From Chthoniobacteraceae bacterium (GTDB taxonomy: Bacteria; Verrucomicrobiota; Verrucomicrobiia; Chthoniobacterales; Chthoniobacteraceae): a stretch of 15,086 nt of DNA. The notes under the pieces were generated by a model that worked only from the letters and a program-made list of their open reading frames with translations, was not told the origin of the DNA and made no database searches. The stretch lies in NCBI GenBank assembly GCA_040081625.1, contig JBEBGD010000125.1, forward strand, positions 1-15,086, in the 5' to 3' direction. The position numbers and the translations under genes are program-made. Below are positions 14,536-15,086 of the stretch, piece after piece; within the stretch, counting starts at the first letter, position 1, and each line of letters opens with the position of its first letter.

Positions 14536-15086
14536 ATGGCCGAGTTTTTCAAATTTGATGAAGGGTGGCATTTCGATGACCCCCGCGTGAAATTCGACAC
14601 GCTCGTGCCGGACGGACTCACACCAGACACACCTATGCCATCAGCCGATAACCAAATCTCCGTCGCGATGACCGCAGAACAAGTCACCGCCTTCCTCGCC
14701 AAGCTCGCCGAAGCCGTGGCGATGCTGCCCGCCATCCCCGAAAAAACCGACGCCGAACTCAAGCGCCTGCTCGGCGTGGATGAAAGCACCGAACTCGACG
14801 AGATCGGCGCCGAAGCCCTCGCCGCCCACCCCGATTGGAAGCCAGTCCGCGTGGTCACCGCCGAATACGCCAAGGACTGCGCGCTCGTGCTGACGACCAT
14901 GCCGATGGTCACCCCCACCAGGGCGCTCGACCGCAAGATCACCATCATGCGCCGGCTCGCCTCGCACGACATGCGCCGCGCCACGCTCGCCATCTACCAC
15001 GTCATCGCCGACCTCGCCGCCAACGGCAACGTGGACGCCCAGGCGTATTACGACCGGATGCGCCCCTTCTTCGAGCGCCCTGGTGG
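14536..15086 (+). CDS. Hypothetical helical protein, 3'-truncated; absent from the ORF track
   Basis: Uninterrupted frame from ATG 14536 (alternative ATG 14635) to the window end, with strong GC3 bias: MAEFFKFDEGWHFDDPRVKFD...MPSADNQISVAMTAEQVTAFLAKLAEAVAMLP...ALAAHPDWKP...EYAKD...LASHDMRRATLAIYH...AQAYYDRMRPFFERPG. Confidence 0.75.
   Translation, partial: MAEFFKFDEGWHFDDPRVKFDTLVPDGLTPDTPMPSADNQISVAMTAEQVTAFLAKLAEAVAMLPAIPEKTDAELKRLLGVDESTELDEIGAEALAAHPDWKPVRVVTAEYAKDCALVLTTMPMVTPTRALDRKITIMRRLASHDMRRATLAIYHVIADLAANGNVDAQAYYDRMRPFFERPG

Noticed and set aside
14517..15000. Minus-strand ORFs 14517-14993 and 14641-15000
   Set aside because: Antisense to the open + strand frame from 14536, which has more protein-like composition and codon bias.
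1..15086. CRISPR array, tRNA/rRNA, IS element or intrinsic terminators
   Set aside because: No regularly spaced repeats, cloverleaf motifs, transposase/integrase motifs or hairpin plus U-tract were found by eye; the intergenic gaps are very short.

Overview
GC-rich bacterial chromosomal window. The lineage is probably Verrucomicrobiota or another PVC-type organism; this is an inference from gene content and the near-absence of Shine-Dalgarno sites. The left part is a housekeeping + strand operon, tyrA(5'-partial)-aroA-cmk-plsC. It converges, with overlapping stop codons, on a seven-gene minus-strand run (9998->3468): FmdB-type Zn ribbon, membrane Zn-ribbon protein, exported gluzincin-like pseudo-peptidase, YcgR/YcgQ-type permease pair, C4 Zn-ribbon coiled-coil protein (DUF164) and a full-length PafA-type Pup/UBact ligase. 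The ligase has no modifier, Dop, ATPase or proteasome gene beside it. The right part holds mtnA, a stand-alone MnmC-type methyltransferase, a small exported protein, a YdeI/OmdA-family protein, a PIN/NYN-like nuclease, an acidic helical hypothetical protein, and a 3'-truncated ORF (14536->end) missing from the ORF track. I saw no rRNA, tRNA, CRISPR array or mobile element. All family assignments come from motif recognition by eye, not from database searches.
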